Source: a virus (taxonomy: Duplodnaviria; Heunggongvirae; Uroviricota; Caudoviricetes). Taken from it: a stretch of 64,000 nt of DNA. The DNA lies in the IMG/VR virus record IMGVR_UViG_3300006919_000037. One strand, given 5' to 3'. The translations under genes and the position numbers were made by a program. The notes beneath the pieces are model-generated. The model ran no database searches. It was not told the origin of the DNA and saw nothing but the letters and a program-made list of their open reading frames with translations. Shown here one piece after another: positions 55,358 to 64,000 of the stretch (position 1 is its first letter; every line of letters starts with the position of its first letter).

Positions 55358-55580
55358 CCTGATTCACAAGATCAGACATCACAGACGGCACACCACTACT
55401 GGTCCATTCCATAACATAGAACAGACCTCTAATCAGGTAAACCTCACGGATTTTCTCCCGACCATCATCTGTCATAAACCGTGACACGGATATGACCTTC
55501 TCTACTAGAAGATCATCAAGCCACATATCAACGAATTCTGCTTTGGTAACCATTTTCATATCCTCATCCATAATGCACAA
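55278..55580 (-). CDS. hypothetical protein
   Basis: 100-aa ORF. Confidence 0.35.
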   Translation of the reverse strand: MCIMDEDMKMVTKAEFVDMWLDDLLVEKVISVSRFMTDDGREKIREVYLIRGLFYVMEWTSSGVPSVMSDLVNQGEFTFARVVPYTKTTTDYRMVEIIND

Positions 55581-56484
55581 ACGTCTCCCACCAATCTAGG
55601 AAGTTATCGGTATTCACACAAGCTGGTGGGACGTTATTTTTCCACACGGGTTGATTTACCATCTTCAACCACTTGCTTCTATCGGAATCAATTTCCTTGA
55701 CCACCTCAACAACCTCATTGAAATTGGTGTAGTCATGGACATTGATAAATCTGTCTGGATTGAAGTCACGGTGGACAAACGAGCTACCGAAATAAATTGG
55801 AATCACCCCTGCATATAGAGCATCCAGAATCTTCTCAGTGACATAACCGGGATATGTACCATTCTCAAATGCTATATTGAATTTACGTTGCTTTACGAAA
55901 TCCATCTTGTGACGTGGGTCATCACGTGGCAGGACATATCCAATATTATTGAACAAGGGTCCACCACAATCAACCTGTTTGTATTTACTCAATGTCTCAA
56001 CAAAATGATTCCGGATAGGCTGGTTTGGGTTGGACTGGACAAACGTACAGAACCCGGACGGCACATCAGCATCAGTTTTGCTCAACAAACTATTCAGGTG
56101 TAGAACATCACTCGTAACACCCTCTGCCTTGTACATATGCATCTCTGGTACGTATAGAGGCAGTCTGTAATGCTTTGGTGAGTTCTCATGGTCAAACGTT
56201 ATGGCCCTGTCATAGGTCCAGTAATTTGGACGGAAATTCTCACCCGTGTACAGGATACGGACACAGTTCTGATACTTGTAGTGTTCTTCACCAAAATTCG
56301 GATCACCGAAAATCAGATAGTCACACTCTTCGGGTTTGACTACTTCAACATGATATCTCTCACCCAACACACCAGTGAAGAATTTTTCAGCCGTGCCGAA
56401 TGTTGACGAAAATCCAAGTCTAAGTTTTTTCATAGTTTCATTTTCTATCCATATGTTTTGAATATTCAAGCACTCGTTTATCAT
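55564..56484 (-). CDS. alpha-1,3-fucosyltransferase-like glycosyltransferase (GT10)
   Basis: KFNIAFENGTYPGYVTEKILDALYAGVIPIYFGS...RDFNPDRFINVHDY closely matches the GT10 FucT signature (F-x-[LV]-x-FENS-x4-Y-x-TEK ... IP-[IV]-[VY]-x-G). Confidence 0.8.
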   Translation of the reverse strand: MINECLNIQNIWIENETMKKLRLGFSSTFGTAEKFFTGVLGERYHVEVVKPEECDYLIFGDPNFGEEHYKYQNCVRILYTGENFRPNYWTYDRAITFDHENSPKHYRLPLYVPEMHMYKAEGVTSDVLHLNSLLSKTDADVPSGFCTFVQSNPNQPIRNHFVETLSKYKQVDCGGPLFNNIGYVLPRDDPRHKMDFVKQRKFNIAFENGTYPGYVTEKILDALYAGVIPIYFGSSFVHRDFNPDRFINVHDYTNFNEVVEVVKEIDSDRSKWLKMVNQPVWKNNVPPACVNTDNFLDWWETFVHYG

Positions 56485-56615
56485 GTTTGTAGAAGTATTT
56501 CAACCAGATTTTCTTGGAAAACTTACTTACCTTGTAATATCCTTGATAGATAAAGCCGAAATAGTACAGTAATAGAATATAGAGGTTTATCATATAACCC
56601 CTTGGTGTTCGATCA

Positions 56616-57581
56616 TTACTTAACATAAGCCACCAGAATATCAGCACTTATTTCACCATCAACTGTCTCATAGGTGAAATTCGGATTGATTTCCTTGAGG
56701 ATGGTAAGAGCCTGTTCTTCCGTGACTCCGTTCCATTCAGCAGAACCAAACAGTCTTCTGTCATCTATTATTATTGTACTGTTTGGATCATAATGCTCTT
56801 TAATGGCACGAAGTTCTGATAGAATAGGTGTCCCACCATCCTCACCACCGGGCAGGGGTCCAGATGCATGTGCATCAAGCCAGAACGTGGCTAATGGCTT
56901 TGGATTATCTTCCGGCATAGATATAGCAATCTCTTTAATCCACTTTGGACTGTCACCACAATAGACCATAGCCTCTCTTTCGAACATGATTGCTGCACGT
57001 TCAGCCAGATCATCATCCAGTTCTATTGAGTATATTTCCTTGAACATTTCTGAAGCCACGGCAACCTTTATCCCAAGGCCGAAATACGTTCCAGTCTCAA
57101 TGAAAATATCACCCCTGCCATATTCTTTCAACATACCAACAGTGATATGACATGAATCTGGAGTAGGTTCAGGGATTTTTTCATAGGTTCTTTTCTGGGC
57201 TTCTTCCATCTGCATGGCAATATCCTCATCAACGAAATTCATATCATCGGTTGGCTTGTACCAGAACCAGATATCACCCTCAAGTGTGTGGACCAGAGGT
57301 GTGTGTGAATTCTCCATTCTCCATTGAAAAACTTTCTCATGGTTTACATCATAGAGAAACACCATCCCACCCGGTTGAAGCAGATCATACTCAACAGAGA
57401 AATCCTCATCCATCAGATCACCCTTCCAGATCAATATTGTAGGGTCTCCAACAACATCAGGCTGGACCTCAAGCTTCTTCAACTTCTTCAGCTTATACGG
57501 TTTCAGAATATCCTTATGAACCTTAAATACGGGCTTCTTCTGTCTTTCGATATACACCCATGCCTGACCCAGTTCTTTCAT
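56616..57581 (-). CDS. class I SAM-dependent methyltransferase (TylF/FkbM-like O-methyltransferase)
   Basis: IFIETGTYFGLG glycine-rich SAM motif and acidic SIELDDD motif II. Confidence 0.5.
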   Translation of the reverse strand: MKELGQAWVYIERQKKPVFKVHKDILKPYKLKKLKKLEVQPDVVGDPTILIWKGDLMDEDFSVEYDLLQPGGMVFLYDVNHEKVFQWRMENSHTPLVHTLEGDIWFWYKPTDDMNFVDEDIAMQMEEAQKRTYEKIPEPTPDSCHITVGMLKEYGRGDIFIETGTYFGLGIKVAVASEMFKEIYSIELDDDLAERAAIMFEREAMVYCGDSPKWIKEIAISMPEDNPKPLATFWLDAHASGPLPGGEDGGTPILSELRAIKEHYDPNSTIIIDDRRLFGSAEWNGVTEEQALTILKEINPNFTYETVDGEISADILVAYVK

Positions 57582-58456
57582 TACTCAGTTTCCCTGTATT
57601 TTTTATCCATGACCTTGTTCCATTCCGGCACCCGATCATATTGGTGTACGATTGCATATGGCTTGCCTTGTGTATTCATGACCTGCTCACCATCCCACAC
57701 AGGTTCAGTAGACACAAGATTATCTCTGAATTCTTCAATCTTGGATGGATCAGCCGTTGTTCCAGCCTGACATGCCCAAGCATTCTCATCAGCAACGATA
57801 TAGTTATTGAACAGTGGTGCTACAATGTTATAAGCAGCCTGATCTGGGCCACCCCCACCCGGCACATGATATGGTGCACCACGAGATGTTAGGAAGATAT
57901 GAAGGAACAAGTCCAACATTGTCCTACCGTCACCATAGATCACACCAGCATTGATAATTTCCTTGTTGGAAAATTTATCGGCAATGGGTGGACCAAATGA
58001 TTGTGTGATATTATTCCAACCCCACGGCTCATCCTTATACAACAAACCCTCACCAGATGATAGGATTTTAGTATCTTTCGGCAAACCATCCGGATCGTTA
58101 TATATTTCCTTGGCTCGTTCAAATGGATCAGACTGGAATACAACATCCTTGACATCACATGCCAGAATGTTTGCAACAGGAATATCCTTCAGGAATGCCC
58201 AATAGTGATAGAAACGGTCAACACAGATGTTAAAGGTGTCTACGTTCTGATAGGTCACCCCATCACCATCTTCAGCCTTCTGGTGACCAAACAGGGTCCA
58301 CCCCCGGTCTTCAAGCTTGTCAATCAAAGCCTGCTTGGCTGTATAGATTATCATGCACTTGTGGCCATCAAACCCTGTATTCTCCAATGATACGACAAAA
58401 GGCTCGACATCCTTCCACTCGTATCCATGTATTGCTCCAATTACTAGATTTTTCAT
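57581..58456 (-). CDS. hypothetical protein in glycan island (possible glycosyltransferase)
   Basis: 291-aa ORF, no motif recognised. Confidence 0.35.
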   Translation of the reverse strand: MKNLVIGAIHGYEWKDVEPFVVSLENTGFDGHKCMIIYTAKQALIDKLEDRGWTLFGHQKAEDGDGVTYQNVDTFNICVDRFYHYWAFLKDIPVANILACDVKDVVFQSDPFERAKEIYNDPDGLPKDTKILSSGEGLLYKDEPWGWNNITQSFGPPIADKFSNKEIINAGVIYGDGRTMLDLFLHIFLTSRGAPYHVPGGGGPDQAAYNIVAPLFNNYIVADENAWACQAGTTADPSKIEEFRDNLVSTEPVWDGEQVMNTQGKPYAIVHQYDRVPEWNKVMDKKYRETE

Positions 58457-59175
58457 GTCAAATTTTCTCCAAGATTCATAATCCTATTTCCAACTTCAAA
58501 GAATTTCTTTGTCACGGAATTTTGATTGCCAGCTAATCTATATCTTAATGTGTGTAGATTGGTTGCAACCCTCTTATGATCAAGAGTGTTCCGTAAGAAT
58601 TCCCGATCACCACCCCATTCAGCATCCCATAGATATGAGAACCTACGAATATAATCAACCCTGAAACAATATGATGATGTATCGATCAGATAACCGTTTT
58701 TCTTATCACCATAGATTGGTTCTGGATATATGGATTCACATAAGTCCAGAATAACCTCATCACCATCTTCATCAATGATCTGTCTTTTGGAGTGTGACAT
58801 CCATGCATCAGGTTCAGCCTCAAGAGCCTTGACACATTCTTCTACATGGTCCGGTGCATACTCATTATCCTCATCAAGAAAAAACACATACTTGAATCGT
58901 GATGTGGGTATCAACTTTGGAACTGCTGCATACACTCTATGACCATACCAGTTTCCATCATCTTTACCGACATTCCATGGAAGCATGAGAAGATGATCCA
59001 TATTGGTAAAACCCTGTGCCAGTGCTCGTTTGTTGTACCGGGCAACATGCTCTTGACCATCAACAACCATCAGATGGTGCACATGACCATATGACTGCTC
59101 TCTGACCGACCGTCTACAATCCTCAAAGTGATCCCCCACAACCGTAGGGGTTATCACCAATACCGGGCTACTCAT
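58453..59175 (-). CDS. glycosyltransferase family 2-like (GT-A fold)
   Basis: N-terminal VLVITPTVVGDH...DCRRSVREQSY and FLDEDNEY (D-x-D-like) motif. Confidence 0.55.
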   Translation of the reverse strand: MSSPVLVITPTVVGDHFEDCRRSVREQSYGHVHHLMVVDGQEHVARYNKRALAQGFTNMDHLLMLPWNVGKDDGNWYGHRVYAAVPKLIPTSRFKYVFFLDEDNEYAPDHVEECVKALEAEPDAWMSHSKRQIIDEDGDEVILDLCESIYPEPIYGDKKNGYLIDTSSYCFRVDYIRRFSYLWDAEWGGDREFLRNTLDHKRVATNLHTLRYRLAGNQNSVTKKFFEVGNRIMNLGENLT

Positions 59176-59771
59176 TTATTATCCAGACATACTTGGTATC
59201 TGTCCCATGCATCTGCTGATCCATCCATCCGAAGCTTCCACATGAGTTTAGTAGCACCCAGAAACGGGATGGTGGATTCCCAAGCTTCAACTTCCAGTTC
59301 ATCGGCATTTCTGAAAAGGCTGATACGTTCATCTGTAGCATCAGCTACCAAGTTTCTGAGACCTTCCTGCAAATTAAGAAAGATGACAACCTGTTTATCA
59401 CCCTTCCGGAATACCAACCAACCACTGTCAAGATCGGGGTGACCCATAATGTCAACAACAAACTTACCATTCTTGATGGTCACCTTTGTGTTGTTCTTGT
59501 GGAAGAGCACACATGTTCCATAATAGTTCTCTACCTTCCAGTCACCTTCAACAACCGGCTCTGGTGCTGGTGTAGGTTCTACTGGAACCGGCTCTGGTGT
59601 GGCTTCAGGACCGGGTACAACCGGCTCTGTTACTGGTGCTGGAATAGCTGTGCTGGAAACTTCAGTATCTGGTCCACCCCCAAGGGTTGCCAAGTAGTAT
59701 ACACTCCAAATGGCTATTAACAGACCAACTCCAATTGCAATCAATGTCTTTTTACCTGTTGTCATGATCAT
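59172..59771 (-). CDS. membrane-anchored Pro-rich protein
   Basis: N-terminal TM helix LIAIGVGLLIAIWSVYYLA then Pro/Glu/Val/Thr-rich linker and globular C-terminus. Confidence 0.4.
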   Translation of the reverse strand: MIMTTGKKTLIAIGVGLLIAIWSVYYLATLGGGPDTEVSSTAIPAPVTEPVVPGPEATPEPVPVEPTPAPEPVVEGDWKVENYYGTCVLFHKNNTKVTIKNGKFVVDIMGHPDLDSGWLVFRKGDKQVVIFLNLQEGLRNLVADATDERISLFRNADELEVEAWESTIPFLGATKLMWKLRMDGSADAWDRYQVCLDNK

Positions 59772-60310
59772 TTATCTCCTGTTGATCCTAATCCACCAGC
59801 ATCACCCAACACACGATCAGTCTTCTGACCCGGTGGTTCTTTCAAATGTTTGAGTTTATAATCTTCACTCTTGACCAGTTCTATCTGACACAACCGTTCA
59901 CCACGTTCAATGTCAACACCAGATACATCATCTGAGCTATTCATCATCAGTGGCATGTAGAGTTGGCCGGTATAGTCCCAGTCAATAATCCCCGTGCTGT
60001 GTGCTAGACACAACCCCTTCTTGATCCCCGTAGAGGACCTGACATGTACTTTGAGATGGTAACCTTCTGGGATATCAAAAATCAGACCAGTGGGCACTAG
60101 AATTCGATCACCGGGCATGAACCTCAAGGTATTACCCCTAAGTTCCCGTTCCATGGGTGAGTTATGCTTATCGTAATACTGTATTACACCATCTGTTGTC
60201 TGGAATGCCACGTCGAAACATGCAGCCCCCAGTGTAGACTTTTTAGGTCCTTCAAAAGACTGGTCAAGCTTATATATTCCCAATTTGGGGAGATTTGCAT
60301 TTTTTTCCAT
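59768..60310 (-). CDS. dut: dUTPase
   Basis: five motifs in order: AACFDVA, RSSTGIKKGL, GIIDWDYTG, GERLCQIEL, GGLGSTG (matches R-G-x-GGFGSTG). Confidence 0.8.
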   Translation of the reverse strand: MEKNANLPKLGIYKLDQSFEGPKKSTLGAACFDVAFQTTDGVIQYYDKHNSPMERELRGNTLRFMPGDRILVPTGLIFDIPEGYHLKVHVRSSTGIKKGLCLAHSTGIIDWDYTGQLYMPLMMNSSDDVSGVDIERGERLCQIELVKSEDYKLKHLKEPPGQKTDRVLGDAGGLGSTGDK

Positions 60311-60423
60311 AATATCCTCAATGTTATTTCAATAAAATTTGGCCGGGATGAAGAAGCTTCCACCCGTTTTCAATCATCCTATCAACTTCTTTCAGTGCCT
60401 CTACCGTTTCCGGTGAAAGCTCA

Positions 60424-60918
60424 CTACCTATTCCCGTCTTTATCTTCTTGGATTTGGTCTGTGAAGGTACGGAAATCTTCTGCACTTGAAACTTTTTTGC
60501 CATGGTCATTACCATTTCCTATATTGTACTTTGGAACGAGACTCCAAGTGGCTTTATCCCTATGTGGGATAATTTTCAGGTCCTTCAAGGTTACAACCGG
60601 TTCTTTCGACTTATCCGGATCAACAAGTTCGACAAGACCCCACTCTGCCAAGATGTTGGCAATGGTGTTCCTTCTAGCCACATCATCTTCAGAGAAATTG
60701 GTTGGTTTCCCATCCAACATGAAAAGTTCCTTGAAGTGAACTATGTAATATTTCGTTCTTTGATATTTACTCAGGATGTGACAAGATTGCCATAGGGTTT
60801 TTTCATCATGTGATGAGATACCGATACGTGTAAGAGTCTCTCTAACCTTCAAAAAATCATCTGGTTTCGGTAGTCTTACTTCAATGAAAGTGTTCACCAG
60901 ATCATTGTTATTATCCAT
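60424..60918 (-). CDS. regA: translational repressor RegA
   Basis: alignable to T4 RegA: PDDFLKVRETLTRIGI, WQSCHILSKY, YYIVHFKELFMLDG, WSLVPKYNIGN; extra acidic C-terminal tail. Confidence 0.9.
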   Translation of the reverse strand: MDNNNDLVNTFIEVRLPKPDDFLKVRETLTRIGISSHDEKTLWQSCHILSKYQRTKYYIVHFKELFMLDGKPTNFSEDDVARRNTIANILAEWGLVELVDPDKSKEPVVTLKDLKIIPHRDKATWSLVPKYNIGNGNDHGKKVSSAEDFRTFTDQIQEDKDGNR

Positions 60919-61306
60919 TATTCAATCCACCTTTTTGTATTGTTCTTATTATATCTTCAAGCTGGTCATCTGTTAATAGGTTGAGTATGTCTTTAGCTTG
61001 ATCTTTACCACACTCATAGTATTCAATGATGACATCAATATTATCCTTGGTGTCATTCTTTTTACGTTTAGCCCAAAAGTGTGGTCTCTTGTATTTACGA
61101 ATAGTATTTAGAAGATAATCATATTGTAGTTTATTATCAATGTGATGGTTGATATTCATCTCATTACCGAAGAGAAGGCAGTCTGGTTGCATAGACATAG
61201 CCATGTTCACTACATAGGATTTATATTCCTTCTCATTCTCTGATGTGAGAAGGTTTTCACCACTTGTGGTTATGCTATAAATTATGTCCTTGAACAGGTC
61301 CATCAC
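60911..61306 (-). CDS. 62: possible clamp-loader small subunit (gp62-like), 131 aa
   Basis: position between g44 and regA and N-terminus MMDLFKDIIY reminiscent of T4 gp62 (M-S-LFKDDI as recalled); assignment tentative. Confidence 0.35.
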   Translation of the reverse strand: MMDLFKDIIYSITTSGENLLTSENEKEYKSYVVNMAMSMQPDCLLFGNEMNINHHIDNKLQYDYLLNTIRKYKRPHFWAKRKKNDTKDNIDVIIEYYECGKDQAKDILNLLTDDQLEDIIRTIQKGGLNNG

Positions 61307-61845
61307 AGACTCCTAAAATACATGATATCCAAATCATCCCAGTTGCCAAAAATCTTAAGCTCTTTCAATGGGATTTCATAGTAGCTGTCATAAACACCAT
61401 CCCTGTTCCTCTTCTCAATAGGCCCTATATCCTCATCACAGTATTTTCTAACTACATCACCCGTATATGTAAACACTTTGTCATATGTCAAGTTAGACAC
61501 AACCTGCAAATATGGAGTATCATCCCTGAGATATTTCAGCTTACGTGGAAGGTGGTGAATATATGACTCATGTTCCGTCCACCTCTTCTTCCAGTGCCGT
61601 TTCATCTCAAGTTCAATCAACCCATACAGACTATTATTAACCGGGTCCACGACATACATATCCACATCAAACTCCACACCATCTATAATTCTTATATTCT
61701 TCCCATGAAGATTAAAAACATCAGCAAGATATTTCCTGAAGTCAGAATGCTTATGGGCAAACTTCAGGAAATTCACACGTGAATCATCATCTTTGTAGGT
61801 TGCATACTGCTGGGCCTTGAAATATTCCTTCTTAACTTTTCCCAA
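61303..61845 (-). CDS. hypothetical protein inserted between g44 and the gp62-like gene
   Basis: 180-aa ORF; in T4 g62 directly follows g44, so either this or 60911..61306 is an insertion. Confidence 0.4.
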   Translation of the reverse strand: MGKVKKEYFKAQQYATYKDDDSRVNFLKFAHKHSDFRKYLADVFNLHGKNIRIIDGVEFDVDMYVVDPVNNSLYGLIELEMKRHWKKRWTEHESYIHHLPRKLKYLRDDTPYLQVVSNLTYDKVFTYTGDVVRKYCDEDIGPIEKRNRDGVYDSYYEIPLKELKIFGNWDDLDIMYFRSL

Positions 61846-62794
61846 TTGAACAATCCATCATCAACTCAGTTAAGCAGGCTACAAGGTTCATTTCTGAATC
61901 AGCCACAAAGGCATCCTGATACTGATACCGGGCTAGGATGATAACAGCAGTGGGGATCGAATCCTCTGGCATGTTCTTTGACAATTCATCGTAAATCTTT
62001 CGATACACAACTTTGGTTTCTATGTCTGAATTGTCAACAGCCCAACTTCTGATACTCTGAAAATCCTTGTTCTTCATGGCTTCTACAAGCCCGGTGAAGT
62101 CCCTTACTTCTTTAAGGTGCTTGTATGCCTCTACATCCAAAGAACCCCCTTTGGTGATGGCCTGAAGCTCATTAAGGGTCCTTCTGAAGTCTGGGAAGTA
62201 TTTCTTTATGACCCTAGCCAGAACCTGTTTATCATACGTTATCTCATTTTTACCCAACAGCCCCCCACACAGCTTGAAAAACTGCTTGGCCATCTCTGGC
62301 TTCTCATCGTTCTGGAGACGAAAATCAACCAGTGTGCATCTGGAATGAAGAGCCTCAATAATTCTCTTTGGGTTATTACATGTGAAAATGAATCGGCAGT
62401 TATTTGGAAACTCTTCCATCACACCCCTGAGTGAATCTTGTGCCTCTGGTGTTATACCATCAGCCTCATCCATGATGATGACCTTGTAACCACCCTGTAA
62501 TGGAACAGTGGATGCATACTGGGGAATCTTGGTACGAGTCATATCAATACCCCGATCCTTTGACGAATTCAGCTTCAGGAACGGCAAATTCAATTCCTTG
62601 CACATAGCTTGTGCAACTGTTGTCTTACCAATACCGGGTGAGCCGGTCAGGATCATGTTTGGGATATTACCGGATGCTACGTGTTCTTCAAACGACTTTT
62701 TCAATCTTGCCGGTAGGATACAATCCTCTATGGTGGTTGGCCGGTTCTCTTCAGACCAGATATATTTACTCATAATCATCTCCAATATCATCAA
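61832..62794 (-). CDS. 44: clamp loader large subunit (gp44, RFC-like AAA+ ATPase)
   Basis: Walker A LTGSPGIGKTT, Walker B IIMDEAD, sensor-1 TCNN, SRC motif HSRC. Confidence 0.9.
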   Translation of the reverse strand: MMILEMIMSKYIWSEENRPTTIEDCILPARLKKSFEEHVASGNIPNMILTGSPGIGKTTVAQAMCKELNLPFLKLNSSKDRGIDMTRTKIPQYASTVPLQGGYKVIIMDEADGITPEAQDSLRGVMEEFPNNCRFIFTCNNPKRIIEALHSRCTLVDFRLQNDEKPEMAKQFFKLCGGLLGKNEITYDKQVLARVIKKYFPDFRRTLNELQAITKGGSLDVEAYKHLKEVRDFTGLVEAMKNKDFQSIRSWAVDNSDIETKVVYRKIYDELSKNMPEDSIPTAVIILARYQYQDAFVADSEMNLVACLTELMMDCSIGKS

Positions 62795-63440
62795 CAGAAA
62801 TCACGTAGTTCAATTTTTGGTCTGGTGTCTGAAACCTGACAAACTTTGATGGGATGATATCCACCTCATAAGACATAGGAAGTATTCTAACGTTCTCCCA
62901 CCTCAATGCTGTTGTAAAATCACCATCTCCAGTATATTCACCATATTCACTGGACAGTGAATTATCGGTAAACTCTGATGTTGATTCCATATAGACCTTA
63001 CCACCCTTCCCCAATATTTTCAGAAACGGCAAGCTATTTGTTGACGAAATTCTAACAGCCTGTTTCAGGTCCTCATTCGTTATGGAGAACGAATATTCAC
63101 CTTCCAGTCTCACCCGTTTATCTTTAGGTGAACTTATCAGGCTGGATGGTGTACGGTGGAATTTGAACTTCATTCTTCCTTTAGAGATTTCCACATAGTT
63201 ATCTTCAAACGTCAATTCCGGATCACCTTCAAACAATGAGATGGTGGAAATGAACGATGATAGATCATGTATCCCAAACTCTATAGGGAAGTTTTCCTCA
63301 ACTTCTGCCCAAGCAATTATATCACCAGTGTCACCCTGTACGGACTGGGTGGTTATATAGTTACCCGGCATCAGCAGGATGCTTGGTTGAATTGATTGGA
63401 AATTTTTCAGTAGGGATATTGTTCGTTTAGATAATATCAT
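62766..63440 (-). CDS. 45: sliding clamp (gp45)
   Basis: 224 aa (T4 gp45 228 aa); N-terminus MILSKRTISLLKNF vs T4 MKLSKDTTALLKNF. Confidence 0.8.
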   Translation of the reverse strand: MILSKRTISLLKNFQSIQPSILLMPGNYITTQSVQGDTGDIIAWAEVEENFPIEFGIHDLSSFISTISLFEGDPELTFEDNYVEISKGRMKFKFHRTPSSLISSPKDKRVRLEGEYSFSITNEDLKQAVRISSTNSLPFLKILGKGGKVYMESTSEFTDNSLSSEYGEYTGDGDFTTALRWENVRILPMSYEVDIIPSKFVRFQTPDQKLNYVISVDDIGDDYE

Positions 63441-64000
63441 TCACTTGTCTCACAATAATTACGAATCACACCGTCTACAACATGTTTCAGATCATCAACA
63501 GTACCATCATTATAGATGGTCCCTGTGTATTCATGACCAATCCATGCCCATTCAGATATATGGATATCCGGATAGAGATTTTCCATGGTCTTGCCAACTT
63601 TAACGTTAACATTATTCAGTGTAGATGTGTTCTGGATTTCAGCAGTTCTGTACCATTCTGGATCATCACCACGTTTCACCCTATAACACTGGCCACCCCA
63701 TTCCTTGATACAGTTTATTTCATTTGGGAATCGTACATCAGTAATTACGAAATCCTTCTGTTTTGGATTTCTCTTCATCCGTGACAATGTTGCCGAAGTC
63801 CATAATGACTGGCCGAAAATGTTTCGACCGGCTTCAGTACCCATTAGTTGTAGGGCAAGCCGTGGAGTGAAATCCGGCACATGATCTTTATAAATCGGGA
63901 GATCAAGCTCTTTTTGCCAGAACTCATCAACCTCTTCTCTCCACTCTCTGGATTGGGATGTATCCCCTTCCAGCATTTCACGTGGCCAGCCAAAGATAGC
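63437..64000 (-). CDS. dNMP-kinase-like protein, C-terminal part (5-prime end beyond window)
   Basis: FVITDVRFPNEI resembles the T4 gene 1 dNMP kinase segment YIVPDTRQDHEM; no P-loop in the visible 180 aa, so the N-terminus is presumably upstream of position 64000. Confidence 0.35.
   Translation of the reverse strand, partial: AIFGWPREMLEGDTSQSREWREEVDEFWQKELDLPIYKDHVPDFTPRLALQLMGTEAGRNIFGQSLWTSATLSRMKRNPKQKDFVITDVRFPNEINCIKEWGGQCYRVKRGDDPEWYRTAEIQNTSTLNNVNVKVGKTMENLYPDIHISEWAWIGHEYTGTIYNDGTVDDLKHVVDGVIRNYCETSE

Noticed and set aside
60164-60739. 191-aa plus-strand ORF
   Set aside because: It is antisense to dUTPase and regA, both of which have strong motif support.
1-64000. Integrase, transposase, attachment sites or other prophage-boundary or mobile-element signatures
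   Set aside because: No recombinase-like motifs or terminal inverted repeats were seen. The content is consistent with a lytic T4-like genome segment.

Overview
This 64 kb window looks like part of a T4-like (Tevenvirinae-type) myovirus genome. It is AT-rich and almost every gene is on the minus strand. I recognise a core T4 replication module: a gp41 DnaB-type helicase, UvsX recombinase, dCMP deaminase, a gp43 family-B DNA polymerase split into two translationally coupled ORFs, RegA, a gp62-like protein, the gp44 clamp loader and the gp45 sliding clamp. A dUTPase and a partial dNMP-kinase-like ORF sit at the window edge. T4 gene order (45-44-62-regA-43) is kept, but about 43 kb of accessory DNA is inserted between regA and g43. 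That insert holds four things. (1) At least 17 tRNA genes in clusters, many with odd anticodon arms, including three paralogous class-I tRNAs carrying leucine anticodons. (2) A run of small early genes, each behind a repeated sigma70-like promoter (TTGACT-N16-18-TATTAT, ten copies), some with the -35 box buried in a GGGYTGAC-cgga-GTCARCCC hairpin. (3) A roughly 12 kb nucleotide-sugar and glycan biosynthesis island: epimerase, UDP-sugar dehydrogenase, a HAD-nucleotidyltransferase fusion, GT1, GT2 and GT10 fucosyltransferase enzymes, methyltransferases, a GDPD-like phosphodiesterase and a MazG-like protein. (4) Directly beside that island, a three-gene membrane module encoding a minimal MotA/TolQ/ExbB-like proton-channel protein, an ExbD/TolR-like protein and a third membrane protein. 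I consider this module the most novel candidate system in the window. Other accessory genes include AdoMetDC (speD), an SPFH/prohibitin-like protein, a RelA/SpoT-like nucleotidyltransferase, a J-domain protein, an HNH endonuclease, a PD-(D/E)XK-like nuclease, a sulfotransferase-like protein, an HExxH metallopeptidase and three metallophosphoesterases. The window starts with three large Lys-rich paralogous proteins, one carrying a repetitive basic tail. All calls come from reading the sequence and ORF translations by eye. No database search was run, so family assignments rest on recognised motifs. Several ORF-track starts use alternative start codons or run across tRNAs and promoters, and I have trimmed those.
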